Shown one piece after another: positions 1 to 16,582 of a stretch of 64,000 bases of DNA; the stretch's first letter is position 1, and every line of letters starts with the position of its first letter. The notes under the pieces were generated by a model, which searched no databases, was not told the DNA's origin, and saw nothing but the letters and a program-made list of their open reading frames with translations. This DNA comes from the human T2T-CHM13v2.0 reference genome, Homo sapiens, in the NCBI RefSeq assembly GCF_009914755.1, contig NC_060925.1, one strand, 5' to 3'. A program made the translations under genes and the position numbers.

Positions 1-560
1 AAAATAAAAATAAGATAAAATAATCAGCTAAAAACAATAATAATCACAGACCAAATCAACTAGCTGTGTTCTAAGACCTGAGGGTTGGCAAAAAAAAAAA
101 AAAAAAAAAAAGAAGAAGAAGAAAAAAAGGGGAGGGGGCTTTTTTTCAGTTTGCTTTGAACCTTTGAGCCTATCCATCTTCTATCCTTACATTCCCTGGT
201 GGTAGTCCCCTGCCAGCACCCTCCAGCCTTCCTGCCCTTATGAGTATTACAGCCTTTGATCACTCGTTTGGCAGACAGGAGATAACTATGGCAGAACCAC
301 CTCTGAGGTTCACAGGCCGTTAACTCACATCCAAGATTTCTCTTTCAAGTACAGGATAAATGAATAAATTGAATAATGAAAATGTGGTATATATACACAG
401 TGGAATACTATACAGCCTTAAAAAAGAAGGAAATCCTGTCATTTGCAACAACACAGATGAACATGGAGGACATTATGCTCAGAGAAATAAGCCAGGCACA
501 GAGCGACAAATATCATATATGATCAAACTTATATGCGGAATCTTAAAAAGCCAAACTCAT

Positions 561-857
<297 letters not shown>

Positions 858-1025
858 TCAAACTCATAGAAACAGTAAAATGGTGGTTACCAGAGGCTGG
901 GGAGTGGGGGTGGAAGGACTGAGGAGATGTTGGTCAAATATACAAAATTTCAATTAGACAGGAGGAATAAGTTCAAGAGATTGACTGTACACCATGGTGA
1001 CTATAGTTAATAACAAGGTATTATA

Positions 1026-1386
1026 GTAGCCACTGCCACCACTGAGCCTAAGTTGGCCATGACCCCTGTAGAGGTGACCCCCACTCACCTACCCCTCTAG
1101 GACTCATGCCTTCCTCAAAAATGCCTGGGCCATGGAGCTGGTGCCAGTCATGTCCTTCACCATGGGGGCCAATACTCAGCCCCTACCAAGTACAACATCA
1201 TGACCAACCAGGTGACGCCCTGAAACTATCTAGTGCCCTTCCAAGGTGGTAGGAACATGCTGACATACAGAGCCACCTCCAGGACCCCCAGTGCCCAGCT
1301 TGGAGCTGCCAAAGAAACTGTGACCACCTCACTCGACAGTGAGGAGGCCCCCTTCCTACAGCCCCCTATAAAAATGTGAAAAAAAA
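1026..1386 (+). pseudogene. NDUFA3 processed pseudogene (degraded retrocopy)
   Basis: Remnants AFLKNAW, LSPY, NY.VP, NM and KL-stop (TGA 1321-1323) align to NDUFA3; start codon mutated to TTG (1053); premature TGA at 1221; frameshifts; 3'UTR ending tataaaaatgtg (polyA-signal remnant 1367-1372) then an A tail; exons 2-4 contiguous. Confidence 0.9.
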
Positions 1387-2780
1387 TAATATATTTTACA
1401 CATGAAAATTGTTAAGAGAGTATATTTTAAGTGTTCTCACCACAAAAAATGATAAGTGTGTGAGGTTATGCATATGTTAAAAAGCTTGATTTACTCACCA
1501 CAATGTAGACATGTATAAAAACATCATGATGTACACCATAAATATATACAATTTTTATTTGTCAAGAGGTGCTAAGGGTGCACTATACCAAAAAGGTCAC
1601 AGGATTTGTTGGTGCAGTTTGTCTGCAAAAGCATGTCTAAGTTCTGGTCCAACCAAGACTTGAATTATCTTTCTAAATCACTTACTTTCTCTAAGCCCTA
1701 TTATTCTCATTCTAGAAATGAAGAAAATAGTGCCTGCCTACCCCCAGAGGCTGCTGTGAGGATCAAATGAAATACCTGTTATAAAAACATTTTTAAGATT
1801 ACAAATACAATATGGTATTATTAGCCTCTACTCAAGGCTGCCAGCTTGTACCATTCCAGACCAAGTATTAACCAGCTGGTATCTCAGCTTGCTCTCCCAC
1901 AGACACAAAGAGTTCAGAGCTTTCTGAGCAGGAAAATAGCTCAGACTAAAAGCATCTCGATTTTCCTGTGGACTCTACCTGGAATTCCAGGTACATCCAG
2001 TAGAGAGGAAAAGAAATGTGTTTCTCAATAGAAATCTGTGCACAGTTTGCAGGCGAGTTTCCAAAAGGATACATCTGGGTACTGAATTGAGACAGTGGAA
2101 TGAAGAAGTTAGCCATTCCACCAAGAGCCCACTGGCATCAATGCCAGCAGCCCTGCTCCAGAGCTCACCTCAGCGGCACCCCTCTCACCTGGCACAAGGG
2201 GCCAGTGATAACTCCAGCCCTTCCAATAAAACTGATTTCCCTGAATTCTCCATGCATGCCTCTTTTTCTTATTACTAAAACTCCTGGAAACATAGCCCTG
2301 CCTAATGTTGGCAAGCCTCAGAGGCAGCAGCTAATATCTTTTAAAGATGTGTAGAACAGTTGGGAGGTTGTTTTGTTTTTGTTTTTGTTTTTGCCTTTTC
2401 AAGTTTTTATTTTTATCCATTTTTTGTATTAAAAAGAAAAGCACAATTATCACAAATTACAAAGGAGGAAAGCAGAACTAGAATAATAAATGAATCACTT
2501 CAGCCTGGAAAGCAGATATTTTCAATAATAGTAATGTTATAACACAAGTATAGACGAGTTTTTAAAGCAAAACTTAGACTTAAGCCCATAGTATCAAGCA
2601 CTTATTTTTTAAACTTCCCACTTTTCTTACATTAGGTAGCTTACAGGATCTAAGAGGCCAATAAATAACCTTAGATAATTTCTTTTTTTTTCTTTTTTGT
2701 TTTTAACCCCAATAAATCTCTTGTATTTATTCTCTCTCTTTTTTTTTTAACCCAAGTAAATCACCTAAGCTAATTTCTAA

Positions 2781-3195
<415 letters not shown>

Positions 3196-3699
3196 AAAGC
3201 ATGAGTTTTGTCAGAACAACACTAACACTGGGACATGGATATCCCCCGACCCACCCGGCCCCGACTGCCTTCATTCACTCTCTATCACAAGCAGAGAAGG
3301 AAAGAAAGGTTTTCACTGAAGGCCCAGACAAACCTATGGAGCTGGAACAAGCAGGCTCCTATTATTCTAACTTGGGCTCAATTTACGTGCTCCCTTGTGC
3401 TCTGCCCCTCCTCTGGCCACATAACCAAAAGGAGGCCTTTGACAACCTTCACCCCTCTGCTGCCAGACCTCCACACCTTCCCACCGATTTACAGCTTTAA
3501 GGCCACTTTGGTTAAGTCAGAATATGAATAAAGAAGGCCCACTACTTGAGGGTCCTTCTGCTCTGATGACCTGTGTCTGTCTCTTCTGAGGCCAAAGGGG
3601 CTTAATCTGGTTCCAGGATGTCACACTGGTAGCTACTCACCTGGTATTTAATCAATCAAGAAGAGGTTTATTCATCCCACACACAGGGTCTCCTCCCTA

Positions 3700-3890
3700 G
3701 AGAAGGATCTAGTGGTTGATGGGCTGGATTCTAGAGCCAAACTGCCAGGTTCAAGTCTCAACTCTGCCACTTATTAGTTCCAGGACTTTGTACAAATTAT
3801 TAACCAAACTGAGTCTCAATTTCCTTGTTTGTAAAATGGAGGTGATGATAATAATAATACCCATCTCATAGAGTTGTCTTAAATAAATTA
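3700..3890 (+). mobile_element. MIR
   Basis: MIR core: gtctcaatttccttgtttgtaaaatgg...ataatacccatctcatagagttgt. Confidence 0.7.
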
Positions 3891-4485
3891 GCTGGCAGAG
3901 ATCAAGCCCTTGATAAATGACAGCCTGTGAGCCAAGCACTGCTGGGTCTGAAGCTAATGAGGCCACATACTCAGCCTCACTGTTTGAGGCCACCGTTTGA
4001 ATTCCAAGATTAAACAGTGCATGCCTTTGGCTCCAAGGGATGGAAGAAGAGAGCATCCAAACCACAGAATAAAATCCACAAGCCTCATTATGATATTTAA
4101 GAACTTTCATAATCTACTCCATCCTTCTTTCCAAATAGACCTCCTGCTACATTTCCACACCAGCTCTCCAGGTCATCCATTTATTTAAAAAAAAAAAAAA
4201 ATTAAGCACCTAAATGCCACATTCCGTGCTAGGCCAGGTTTTCCCACCTGGTGAACTCAGTGCCTCCTTCTTCCTAGATTCTGCCCAGTCTTCAAGACAG
4301 AGTTCAAGATCTAGAGCTTCCACATAGCTGTCCCTGGCTACTCTGACCCACAGGGCTTCCCCTCGTGACCCCTCTGAGGTCTTTGGGTTTTACTTGGCTT
4401 TCACTACACATTCATTATTTGGTTATATGGTTATATTTTATAAGCCTAAATAAAGTACAAGCAACTCAAAAGAAGGGATGAATAT

Positions 4486-4620
4486 GGCTGGGCACAGTGG
4501 CTCACGCCTTTAATCCCAGTGCTTTGAGAGGCTGAGGTGGGAGGATCACTTGAGGTCAAGAGTTCAAGGTCAACCTGGACAACACAGCAAGATCCCATCT
4601 CTCCAAAAATAAAAAAAATA
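4486..4620 (+). mobile_element. FLAM/AluJ left monomer
   Basis: Single Alu arm plus A tail. Confidence 0.8.
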
Positions 4621-4789
4621 GGGTGGGAACGAATCTTACATTTCTTTGCATGTATATCCCTAAGTGACTACTACTGTGCTTTGTACTCAGCAGGGATCAG
4701 TGAATAAATGATTTAATGTTTCAGGAGGACATAAATGGCTCAAAACCTATTACCATTCTTTCCAAACAAATGATTTCCTTCAAATCAAT

Positions 4790-5040
4790 ATAGTAGAGAG
4801 GCCTAAAGGCTCAATCTCCAGACCTGGACTAAGTAGGTTTATAGTTCCACCTGCCATTTATTAGCTGTGTGACCTTAAGAAAGTTATTTGACCTCTCTGT
4901 GCTTCCATTTCCTCACTTATAAACTATGGATTATTAAAGTATCTATATTTCTTAGAGTATTTATGAGGATGAAATGAGATAATACATGTAAAGAAATTTG
5001 GGGCCTGACACACAGTAATTATTTGAAATATTCATCATTG
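4790..5040 (+). mobile_element. MIR
   Basis: ttagctgtgtgacctt...ctctctgtgcttccatttcctcacttataaa...gaggatgaaatgagataat. Confidence 0.7.
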
Positions 5041-5162
5041 TTATAACTACCCAGATGAGCTAAATTCAGCTCATCCAGAACGCCCAAAAAACCATTTTGT
5101 AAAGTATGCTGGGCCTACAGAGAAAAATATCAGATATTAGCATATAAAAAATTTTTTTTGCA

Positions 5163-5900
5163 GCCAGGCACAGTGGCTCACACCTGTAATCCCAGCACTT
5201 TGGGAGGCCGAGGCAGGCGGATTGCCTGAGCTCAGGAGTTCACGACCAGCCTGGGCAACACGATGAAACCCCATCTCTACTAAAATACAAAAAATTAGCT
5301 GGGCGTGGCAGCGTGTGCCTGTACTCCCATCTACTCGGGAGGTTGAGGCAGGAGAATTGCTTGAACCCAGGAGATGGAGGTTACAATGAGCCAAGATTGT
5401 GCCACTGCACTGTAGCCGGGGCGAGTGAGACTCTGTCTCAAAAAAAAAAAAAAAAAAAACAAAATTTCCCTCTTCTTCATTCATTTGATCTATTATGTTG
5501 TGCAAAAGGGAAACAACCAACAAACTTCTACACCAAAAAGGCATCCATACCTCTGTGCTATTTATCAGTTGCCTCATGCTATTATAAAATCTGTAATTCA
5601 TCCAGCGGTGGTGGCTCACACCTGTAATCCCAGCGTTTTCAGAGGCTGAAGGGGGTGGATCACTTGAGGTCAGGAGTTCGAGACCAGCCTGGCCAACATG
5701 ACAAAACCCCATCTCTACCAAAAATACAAAAATTAGCTGGATATGGTGGTGCATGCCTGTAATCCCAGCTACTCAGGAGGCTGAGGCAGGAGAATCGCTT
5801 GAACCAGGAGGCAGAGGTTGCAGTGAGCCGAGATGGCACCACTGCACTCCAGCCTGGGTGACACACAGAGCGAGACTCTGTATCAAAAAAAAAAAAAAAA
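5163..5900 (+). mobile_element. Two AluS elements (5163-5459, 5601-5900)
   Basis: Dimeric Alu consensus, A tails. Confidence 0.9.
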
Positions 5901-6470
5901 TCTGTAACTCTACTGTCCCTTCCACCTCAGCAAAGCCTTGAGTGTGTATTCAACTCAAATATATATATACTTGTGTGTATATTTTCCCAAAGGCTTCAAA
6001 TAGGAAAGGAAGATCTGAAGCAAAACTGATTCACTATCAAATTCATCAAGGCTGGACAGGGCCATTGAACTCACTCCTTTCCCATAAAGTGCCTTCTTCA
6101 GTTGTGTTTTTCAGTCTGACCCAGGCATCAATGAAGGCAGAAAGCCCAGCCTCAAACCCACAAGGTGAGACTAGACATCTTGTCATCAAAACAGCATGTT
6201 TTCCATCAAGCCGCTTCTCTCCCTCTTTCTCTCTCTCTTTTTTTTTGGGAGGTGGGGGTGGGGGGGTGCATTTCTACTACTTTTCGATGAGATTTTAAGT
6301 CAATTCCATTTTAATACACAGGCTAAAAGGCAAATAGCACTTCAATAATGAGACAAAATGAAACTGCTGATAGACAAAAATAGAGAATGGGCAGTTGAAA
6401 TTCATAAACTGGCATTCAAAAAACAACAACAACAAAAAAGGCCTAGCAACTTTCTTTCAAGATATTTATA

Positions 6471-6826
<356 letters not shown>

Positions 6827-7471
6827 CTACGTCTGCACACAACCCCAGATCTGAGTCTATTGGAGTCTTAAGGGAGATCTGGTTTCTTCAGTATAACACA
6901 GAGGTGAAGAGCATAGATGTAAAATCTGAATGTAAAATCTGGCTCTTCCACTTTCCAGCTACATGACACTACGCAAGTTACCTAATCTCTCCATATCTCA
7001 TTTCATCATTTATAAAATGCCAAATTAATTCTACCTCCAAGTTGTGATTAAGTGAGCTCATTAAATAAGAATATCCTTATTCATTTTTATATTCTTTAAT
7101 TGTTTAGCCCAGTGCCTGGATATAGTGCCCACTCAATAGATGATCATTACTATCACTCTCATCTGTATGTGCAATTCAACAGCCAAAACCAAGCAGCTAA
7201 TCACTTTTCGAGTCAATGCTTTTCTTGCTGAGACCTGCCAGTTTCCAGAACTGGTCCAACAAATTAGTTTTATGTAGCTCATTACAGAATAGACACAATG
7301 GAAATTATAATAAAATAGAGCAAATTAAGCTTCCAAATTTACTAAGTAACCCCTCACAGTAAACACACTAAGATGGTGGTGTGGGAGATCCGATACTCTT
7401 AGTTAAGCAACAATGTTCCAAGTCATTTGCATCTTTTCATCTCCAATCTCATTTGGCCTCCAGGAAGCTCA

Positions 7472-8233
<762 letters not shown>

Positions 8234-8297
8234 GAGACTGGGACAAAATATATCCAAAAATATATAACAAATATGCAATTTATATTATGCAACTTAC

Positions 8298-8358
8298 CTG
8301 CAGTGGCTAAACAGGAGCTCATCAGGGCAAAGATGGCAATCACATAATGGGAAGTCAT
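8298..8358 (-). CDS. TGFBR3: TGFBR3 first coding segment: 20-aa signal peptide MTSHYVIAIFALMSSCLATA plus the first base of Gly21 (phase-1 intron)
   Basis: ATG at 8358 in context AAAAATGA (A at -3); donor CAG|GTAAGT (intron starts 8297); matches the human betaglycan N-terminus MTSHYVIAIFALMSSCLATAGPEP... Confidence 0.97.
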
Positions 8359-8471
8359 TTTTATTTCTCCAACAGTGCGTCTCGTCCAGTCACTTCAGCC
8401 TGCTCAGAGCACAGACAATCTTTGCAAATCAGAAGTAGTCTTAAAGTCCCTCCTTGCAATTTTCAAACTGC
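8298..8471 (-). other. TGFBR3: TGFBR3 ATG-containing exon (174 nt: 113 nt 5'UTR + 61 nt CDS)
   Basis: Acceptor tttgttttacAG|GCAGTTTG (AG at 8473-8472); donor GTAAGT at 8297-8292. Confidence 0.95.
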
Positions 8472-8612
8472 CTGTAAAACAAATTTCAATAAGAAAACTT
8501 AATGAAGAAACTTCATAAACAAACAGACACTAAAATTAAACAGAGAATTTCTGAAAAGCGTAATGTAAGAAATTTATCTTAAAAGATGCAAAATAGCACT
8601 CAAGCAAACTAG

Positions 8613-8982
<370 letters not shown>

Positions 8983-11714
8983 TGTTTTTGACATTTTAAA
9001 TCTTTGGTTTTATAGAGAATTTTCAGAACTACAGAAGAAAATCAAGGTGCACCTGAAATATAACACCACCAGTTAAGTTGTGGTACCAAAGTAATCAATG
9101 ACACTTGATACATGCAACCCTAGTGCCAGCAAGAAAACAAAACCAGCACTGATTAGAGACTCAATCTAATGTTATAATAACAGGGTTATCACAAGGATCA
9201 AATTAAGTTGTGCTAGGAATCAATCTGAAAAAAATAAAGAAACATAAAAAGGCAAGGTTCTTATTTCAACTGTTTGCCAACATTTTAACAGGAAAAAAGT
9301 CTTCCCTGTCTCTCAGCCCATCTGAGACTATCTGGTTACTGGACTCAAGGATCTAGAAGGTTCTTTCTAACCTTTTCCTATCCAGAGTCTTCAATGAGAG
9401 TTTTGTGGTGGTTTGCCTAACTTGAATATTCCTCACACGGCCCTAATGGTCACTGATTTAGACACTCCAAAGTATATTTCTCCAGCCCTCTATCCCTGAG
9501 CCTGGCACAACTCACAGAAGTTCAATTAACAAACATGTACTGAGCATTTACTATGCTCCAGGCATGGTTCCTTCTCATCAAGAATAAAAGTTATGGGTAA
9601 AAGTGCAAAGACCCTCCCTGATCTAAGCCCTGGAAAAGGCAGAATGGTGGCATTTCCGGGAGCCATCTCACACACCTGGGGGTTGTGGCCTTGTCATCCT
9701 CACTCAGGAAATATCACGCAACAGGAGTTGCCCATAGCTACCTTCAGAGACAAAGCCAATGTGGGCGCTTGTAGATAACAGTACAAAAAAAATTATTTTA
9801 AATGAGTTTTTAATTAAATGGTCTTAATTTATTGCATCAAGTGACAAAGAGAGATATTTAAAATGGCTCTTTGCAATTGTAACTTTACCTATGAGAACGG
9901 GGGAAATAGGGTGACTGCAGGACAGGGGTGGGAGGGAGCAGAAGCTTTTCACTGAATTCCCTTCTGGGTTTTGTATTAATACCATGTGCAAGTATTACCT
10001 ATCCAGAAATAATAACAGTAAAGTTCCAATTTCAAAAAGAATTTCTTAGATATGTCTTGAAACTAAATTATTATATAGGCAGGAGGCCACTATGGTTCAA
10101 TCTTGATATACGATAGTGATTAAAATCCTAGTATGAATAGCATACGGATTATGATAAAGATTAAAAATCTGCCTGGGTGTGAATCCACTCTGCCCCTTAC
10201 CAAATGGTAATGTTAGGCAGCTTACTCTTCTTGAATGAACATATCCTGTGGTAGGAAATGTATGGTAGGCTGTTGTGAGGATTCAGTTAGTTAATATACA
10301 TACACAATGCTTAGAACAGTCCCTAGCACATAACAACCAACCAAATAAATGTTAGCTACAATTACTGTACTGTATCACTACTTGTCCATTCTCTTTGAGC
10401 TATTTATACCAATAAAGTGGAGAAATTAAGATATAGCTATTTATGTAATTCTTAGCTACTGTAAATCCAGTTCAATCTTTTGTTTACTGAAAAATAAACA
10501 TTACAACAGTCAAAAGGAGATAAGCTAAAGAGTGGACTCACTAAAAGAACAAAATTACCAGTCAAGTTGAGGCATAAGTCATCAATGACACAACGGTCTT
10601 GTCTCAAAAGCTGACTAAATTATAGAGATAATTTGGGAGCCATTAAACTGACTTATTATCCCTCTAAGTCGAACATTTCTGTCACCATAATTCCACATCA
10701 ACTCTGATCATATGGAAATCTTCTCCGTTAACTTAAAAATTCAACCACCACAAAGAGGATCTGTCTCTATTTTTTTCCCTTCGAAATATTAGATTCCCTA
10801 AATTAGTGAATTGGTTCACAAGAACTATAGTGCCTCCTGCCTATATAATAATTTTGATAAGGAAAAACCTCTCTGAAACAATATGCTATTTCAGCAAATG
10901 TTAAAGACAACTTTTATAAAGCAAATCCCTGTAAGGAGATCTCAGAAGAAGATGACTTCCCAGAGGATTTTATGAAGCACATAAACTGTAAGCGGCACGA
11001 GGCTTGTGGGAATATTTAATGAGCTTGCGTCACCCTGCCCACAGCTGCAGTGGGTCTGAGGGTCTGTGCTGCGTTAATCCAGGGGCTTAAGCCAGGTCTG
11101 AACAAACCTGTGGAAAAGAAAGGCAAATGGTTCCATTAAAAATATAGGCTGCAAATTGCTGACAAGAATATTGGGCAATTATTAAAATGCAGCAATTACA
11201 GATATAATAGAGCCAAGCTAAACAGTTTGATGCCCAAAGGCAAACCACAGCAAGTTTACACCGGATCTTAAAACATCTCTGAGGAAGTCCTGGACAAGTT
11301 GAAACTACACACTGCTGTTTGTAACAAAAAGGGAGCTTTTCTTCTTTTAGCTTAAAAGTCTCTCCATAATGTAACTGTTCAAAAAGAAAATAAACTGCAG
11401 AAGGTTTTTGTCTAATCTCCCCAGTGTGGTGAAAGGCTCCCAAGGCAGAGGAGAAGCAAAAGGGAAGTGTGTCATTCTCATTCAGCTGAACTCCAGTTTT
11501 GGCCACAACTTGTACACCTCAGTGCCTTAACACCCGACTTAGGAATCAGTTCCCTGGAATGCTGGATGGACTGAAGGCTTCCGAAAAGTTGTAGCTTTGA
11601 TAAAACTAACAAAATACAAACTCCTCTTTCTTCTGTGAGGTTCTACCACACTGACTGCAAACATCAGGGACTCCCAATCCTGACTTTTTGACCTCAAAGA
11701 ATCTCTGGACTTTA

Positions 11715-12149
<435 letters not shown>

Positions 12150-12154
12150 GTAGA

Positions 12155-12290
12155 AATACCTAATGTAAATGATGAGTTAATGGTTTCAGCAAACCAACAT
12201 GGCACATGTATACCTAATGTATACCTATGTAACAAACCTGCACATTGTGCACATGTACCCTAGAACTTAAAGTATTTATTTAAAAAAAAA
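12155..12290 (+). mobile_element. L1PA 3' terminal fragment with TSD aaaaaaaaagtagaaata
   Basis: catggcacatgtatacct...gtaacaaacctgcacattgtgcacatgtaccctagaacttaaagtat. Confidence 0.9.
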
Positions 12291-12457
12291 GTAGAAATAT
12301 AAATAGGGTACTCTGAGATCATGAAAGAGCAATTTGGAATAATAGTCATTTTCCCCACATTTCAAAGCAACATGTTCCATTTAAAAGGTAGGTGAACTTT
12401 GATGAACTGAAGAACACTTAGTATTCATCAATGAACATAAGAAAATTCTGAGAACTT

Positions 12458-12884
<427 letters not shown>

Positions 12885-13259
12885 TCATGACCCAACAGAG
12901 TGCACAGGTAAAGACCAAGATTAGCTGAAAAAATCCCATCCAAATGAATCCTCAAAACCATCACGTTCTAAACCAATATTCAAAAGGATCTGGTTGGGTA
13001 CAATATTCCCTAAGGTGAGGAGAGAAATCTTGCTCTATCTAAGAGAAAAACTGTGGCAAAATGGATGTCTGGCAATAGGCTAAAAACCAGTAAGAAAAAA
13101 TTAGTAGCTTCCCCTTAGATGGCTAACATGGCCTGGCTACATCCATGAGTTGATTCAGAATCAGAACTAAACTAATCCCCATCTTCAGATAGATTTGGCA
13201 CAATGAGAGAAAAAGTCCTAGATTTGGATAAGAAATCTTCGGAATCACATCCAAGCACA

Positions 13260-13860
13260 ACTGATATTCAATAAATATTACTGCTATATGCCAGGCACTG
13301 TTCAAGATGCCAGGGATATAGCAATGAAAAAAAGACGCCAAAAATCCTGCCCTCAGGGAGCTTATATCCGAGTAAAAATATCATTTACTACTTCTCACAA
13401 GACATTTAATTTCCTGAGTTTCTCCTTTCAACAAATCTTTATTGCTTACTCTGCTAAGCAGTGGCCAAGGAGACATGTTTTTTGCCCTTGTGGGCTTAAA
13501 AGCTGGTGAGATAAACAGACAATAATCACAAACATGTAACTACACGATATAATCAGAGCTCTAAAGGAAAAGTATACGCAACCTGAGGATAAGCGAAGAT
13601 TTTAAAAGTCAGGTGATGAATGACACTGCAGGCAGAGGAAGCATTACAGGAGGGAGGAGAGCTGCAGAGCTGAAAGGGAAAGAGAAGACGAATAAGTTCA
13701 AGGAGGGGTTTAAACAGGGAATAGCGTGATCAGATGGGATTACTAAAGATTTCCCTCACGCTGTACAGAGAACAGACTGAAGGGAGGCCAGACTGCCTGG
13801 ACAATCAGTTGAGATTCTCACAGCATGTCAGACAAGAAAGGATGGAGGTTTAGATCAGAA
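13260..13860 (-). mobile_element. L2 fragments
   Basis: tatatgccaggcactgttcaagatgccagggatatagcaatgaa...cctgccctcagggagcttat. Confidence 0.6.
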
Positions 13861-14739
13861 TGGAGCCTCAGTTTCCTCCTTTGTAAAGAGTGTAACAGAC
13901 AAAACTTAGCTACATCACAGAGTTGTTGCAAGAATCAAATGAGATTGTGCATGTATAGTATTAAAACTATCATTTATCATTAGCAAGCTGTTTCTACCAA
14001 AGAGATTTATTATCCTGAGGTATCAGATTAATTAGTCCCAACATTCTGTGGCTGCCAGTGGCAGGAAAAGAAAGGAGGAAGATTACTCTGGAACCACCTG
14101 TACTGGTAGGCACGGGGGAAGCAGTACGCACAGAGGGTACGAGGAGAGCAGAGAAGCCTGACTCCACTCTGCCTGTTCTGTGCCGGCTGCCTTCAGAGGC
14201 AAGGTGGGCTGTCCCTCCAGAGCAGGCCCACCCTCATTCCTGGCTGGGAGCATGATCAACAAATCTGGCCCCAGCAGCCTTGGTTTCCTTGGGGCCGAAC
14301 TTCAGTCCGTCCTTAAGAGCCCTTCCATCTATCCCAAGCACAACACACCTCACTCCCAAGGAAAATACAGGAAAAAGGGAGGGTGGGTGTTGACACATTT
14401 CACAAAGTTGGAAAAGACCATGTTTTATTCAAACTCACAAACTAGGATGGCTTTTTCACCCACCCTTGCAATACTCTAAGAACCACCTTTTCACATTTAA
14501 GATTTTTGCATCCAAAGGTTTCTGTACCTTTTCATTTATAAGGGTGTCTGCTTTTAAGCTAGAATTAATAAAGAACTGTATTTGGGGGTTCAAAACCTGG
14601 CTTACCCAGCTGTGTTACATTGGAAAAGTCATTTAGCCCCTACCACGCCCTCATCTGTAAAATGGTAGCAATATTTTGATTATAATATAAGACAGAATAT
14701 AGGCATGGTACCTAAAACAATACCTGGCCCACACAGTCT

Positions 14740-15044
14740 ATTTTATTTTATTCTTTCTTTTTTGAGATGGAGTCTCACTCTGCCACCCAGGCTGGAGTGC
14801 AGTGGCACGATGTCAGCTCACTGCAACCTCTGCCTTTGGGTTCAAGCAATTCTCTTGTCTCAGCCTCCCAAATAGCCAGGATTACAGGCATGTGCCACCA
14901 CGCCTGGCTAATTTTTGTATTTTTAGTAGAGACAGGGTTTCGCCATGTTGGCCCAGCTGGTCTCGAGCTCCTGACCTCAGGTGATCAACCCACCTCAGCC
15001 TCACAATGTGCTGGGATTACAGGTGTGAACCACTGTGCTCGGCC
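14740..15044 (-). mobile_element. AluS
   Basis: Alu consensus; flanking repeat ccacac(a/t)gtctatttt. Confidence 0.9.
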
Positions 15045-16209
15045 CCACACTGTCTATTTTAAATAAATAATAGTCATTGGTATTTTTATGGTTAAAATAT
15101 ACCTAGACTTCCAAAAAGAAAATAAGCAAACTACTAGTAGCAAGGCAACAGAAATAGTTGTTTATAGCAAATTTTGTATTATTTTTGAGATTAGACTTTA
15201 TCATCTAGAATTTCAAAAATTCCCTCCATCACAAAAAAATGATTCCAAATTCCATACAAGGTATGGGTTCTAAAGATACTCATAATGTAGCAAAACTGTC
15301 CAAATGGTGGTGAAGCCATTGCCTCAACATTTCTGGTATAAGTTACAGGGATCTGGCTGCAGGGCCCTTCTCGATTCTATTTGATGATTCCCAATTAGCT
15401 GCAGGGGTTCAGCTGGGGGCTGTGGAACTTGGTCTGGCACTGCCACCAAACCAACCAAGCTACCTAGAATGAGGAATCAGCTGTCATCAAAAAGGTTTAA
15501 ATCATAAAGCTGTAATTATTCGAGCAAAATTCAGCATATCAGAATATTCTCAGGACAACAGTCATCCTCCCTCAGGCCCTAGCAAGCACCTGGCCATTGA
15601 AAAAAGCTTTTGATAGCCTGGACAACATAGTGAAACGCTGTCTCTACAAAAAATTTAAAAGTGCACCAGGTGTGGTGGTTTAGAGCCCAGGCATGTGAAA
15701 CACTAAGAATTAAAACTCTTCAATGGTTGCCCACTGCCGTCCAGATAAACAGCAAAACTTCACATGGCCACCAACCATCATCTAGTTAGTCCAAGCTCAT
15801 CTTCTGCACACTCCAGCCACACTAGTGTCAATTCAGTCCCACAAAAGGGCCAAGTCCTCACCTTCCAAAAGTGATGTTCACTATATCGGAACTCAACATC
15901 CCTCCATGGTCCCTAGGATGGTCACTTTCTAACATCTTCAGGTCTCAGCAAAAGCCTTACTTCTTGAAGGAAGCCTCCTCTGATTCCCTTGGACCAAGTT
16001 AAACTTGGACACCTAGAACGCAGTACAACCCTTCAGGTTGTAATTATTATGTAATTATTTCCTTCCAAGTATGGCTTTCCCACTGTCTTAATTCCAGCAA
16101 GGCGGATCACAGTCTACCTACACTTGGCTGACAGCGGGCATCTAATGAGGGTACCACAGTGGACTACAGGTATAAATACTACTGTGCACACTACAATAAA
16201 AATAGTACA

Positions 16210-16582
<373 letters not shown>

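Noticed and set aside
11087-11506. 139-aa minus-strand ORF and a strong acceptor tttgcctttcttttccacAG (11109-11108)
   Set aside because: Non-ATG start, no recognisable homology and no convincing donor at exon distance; the Alu-free block could be an enhancer but the sequence alone does not show it
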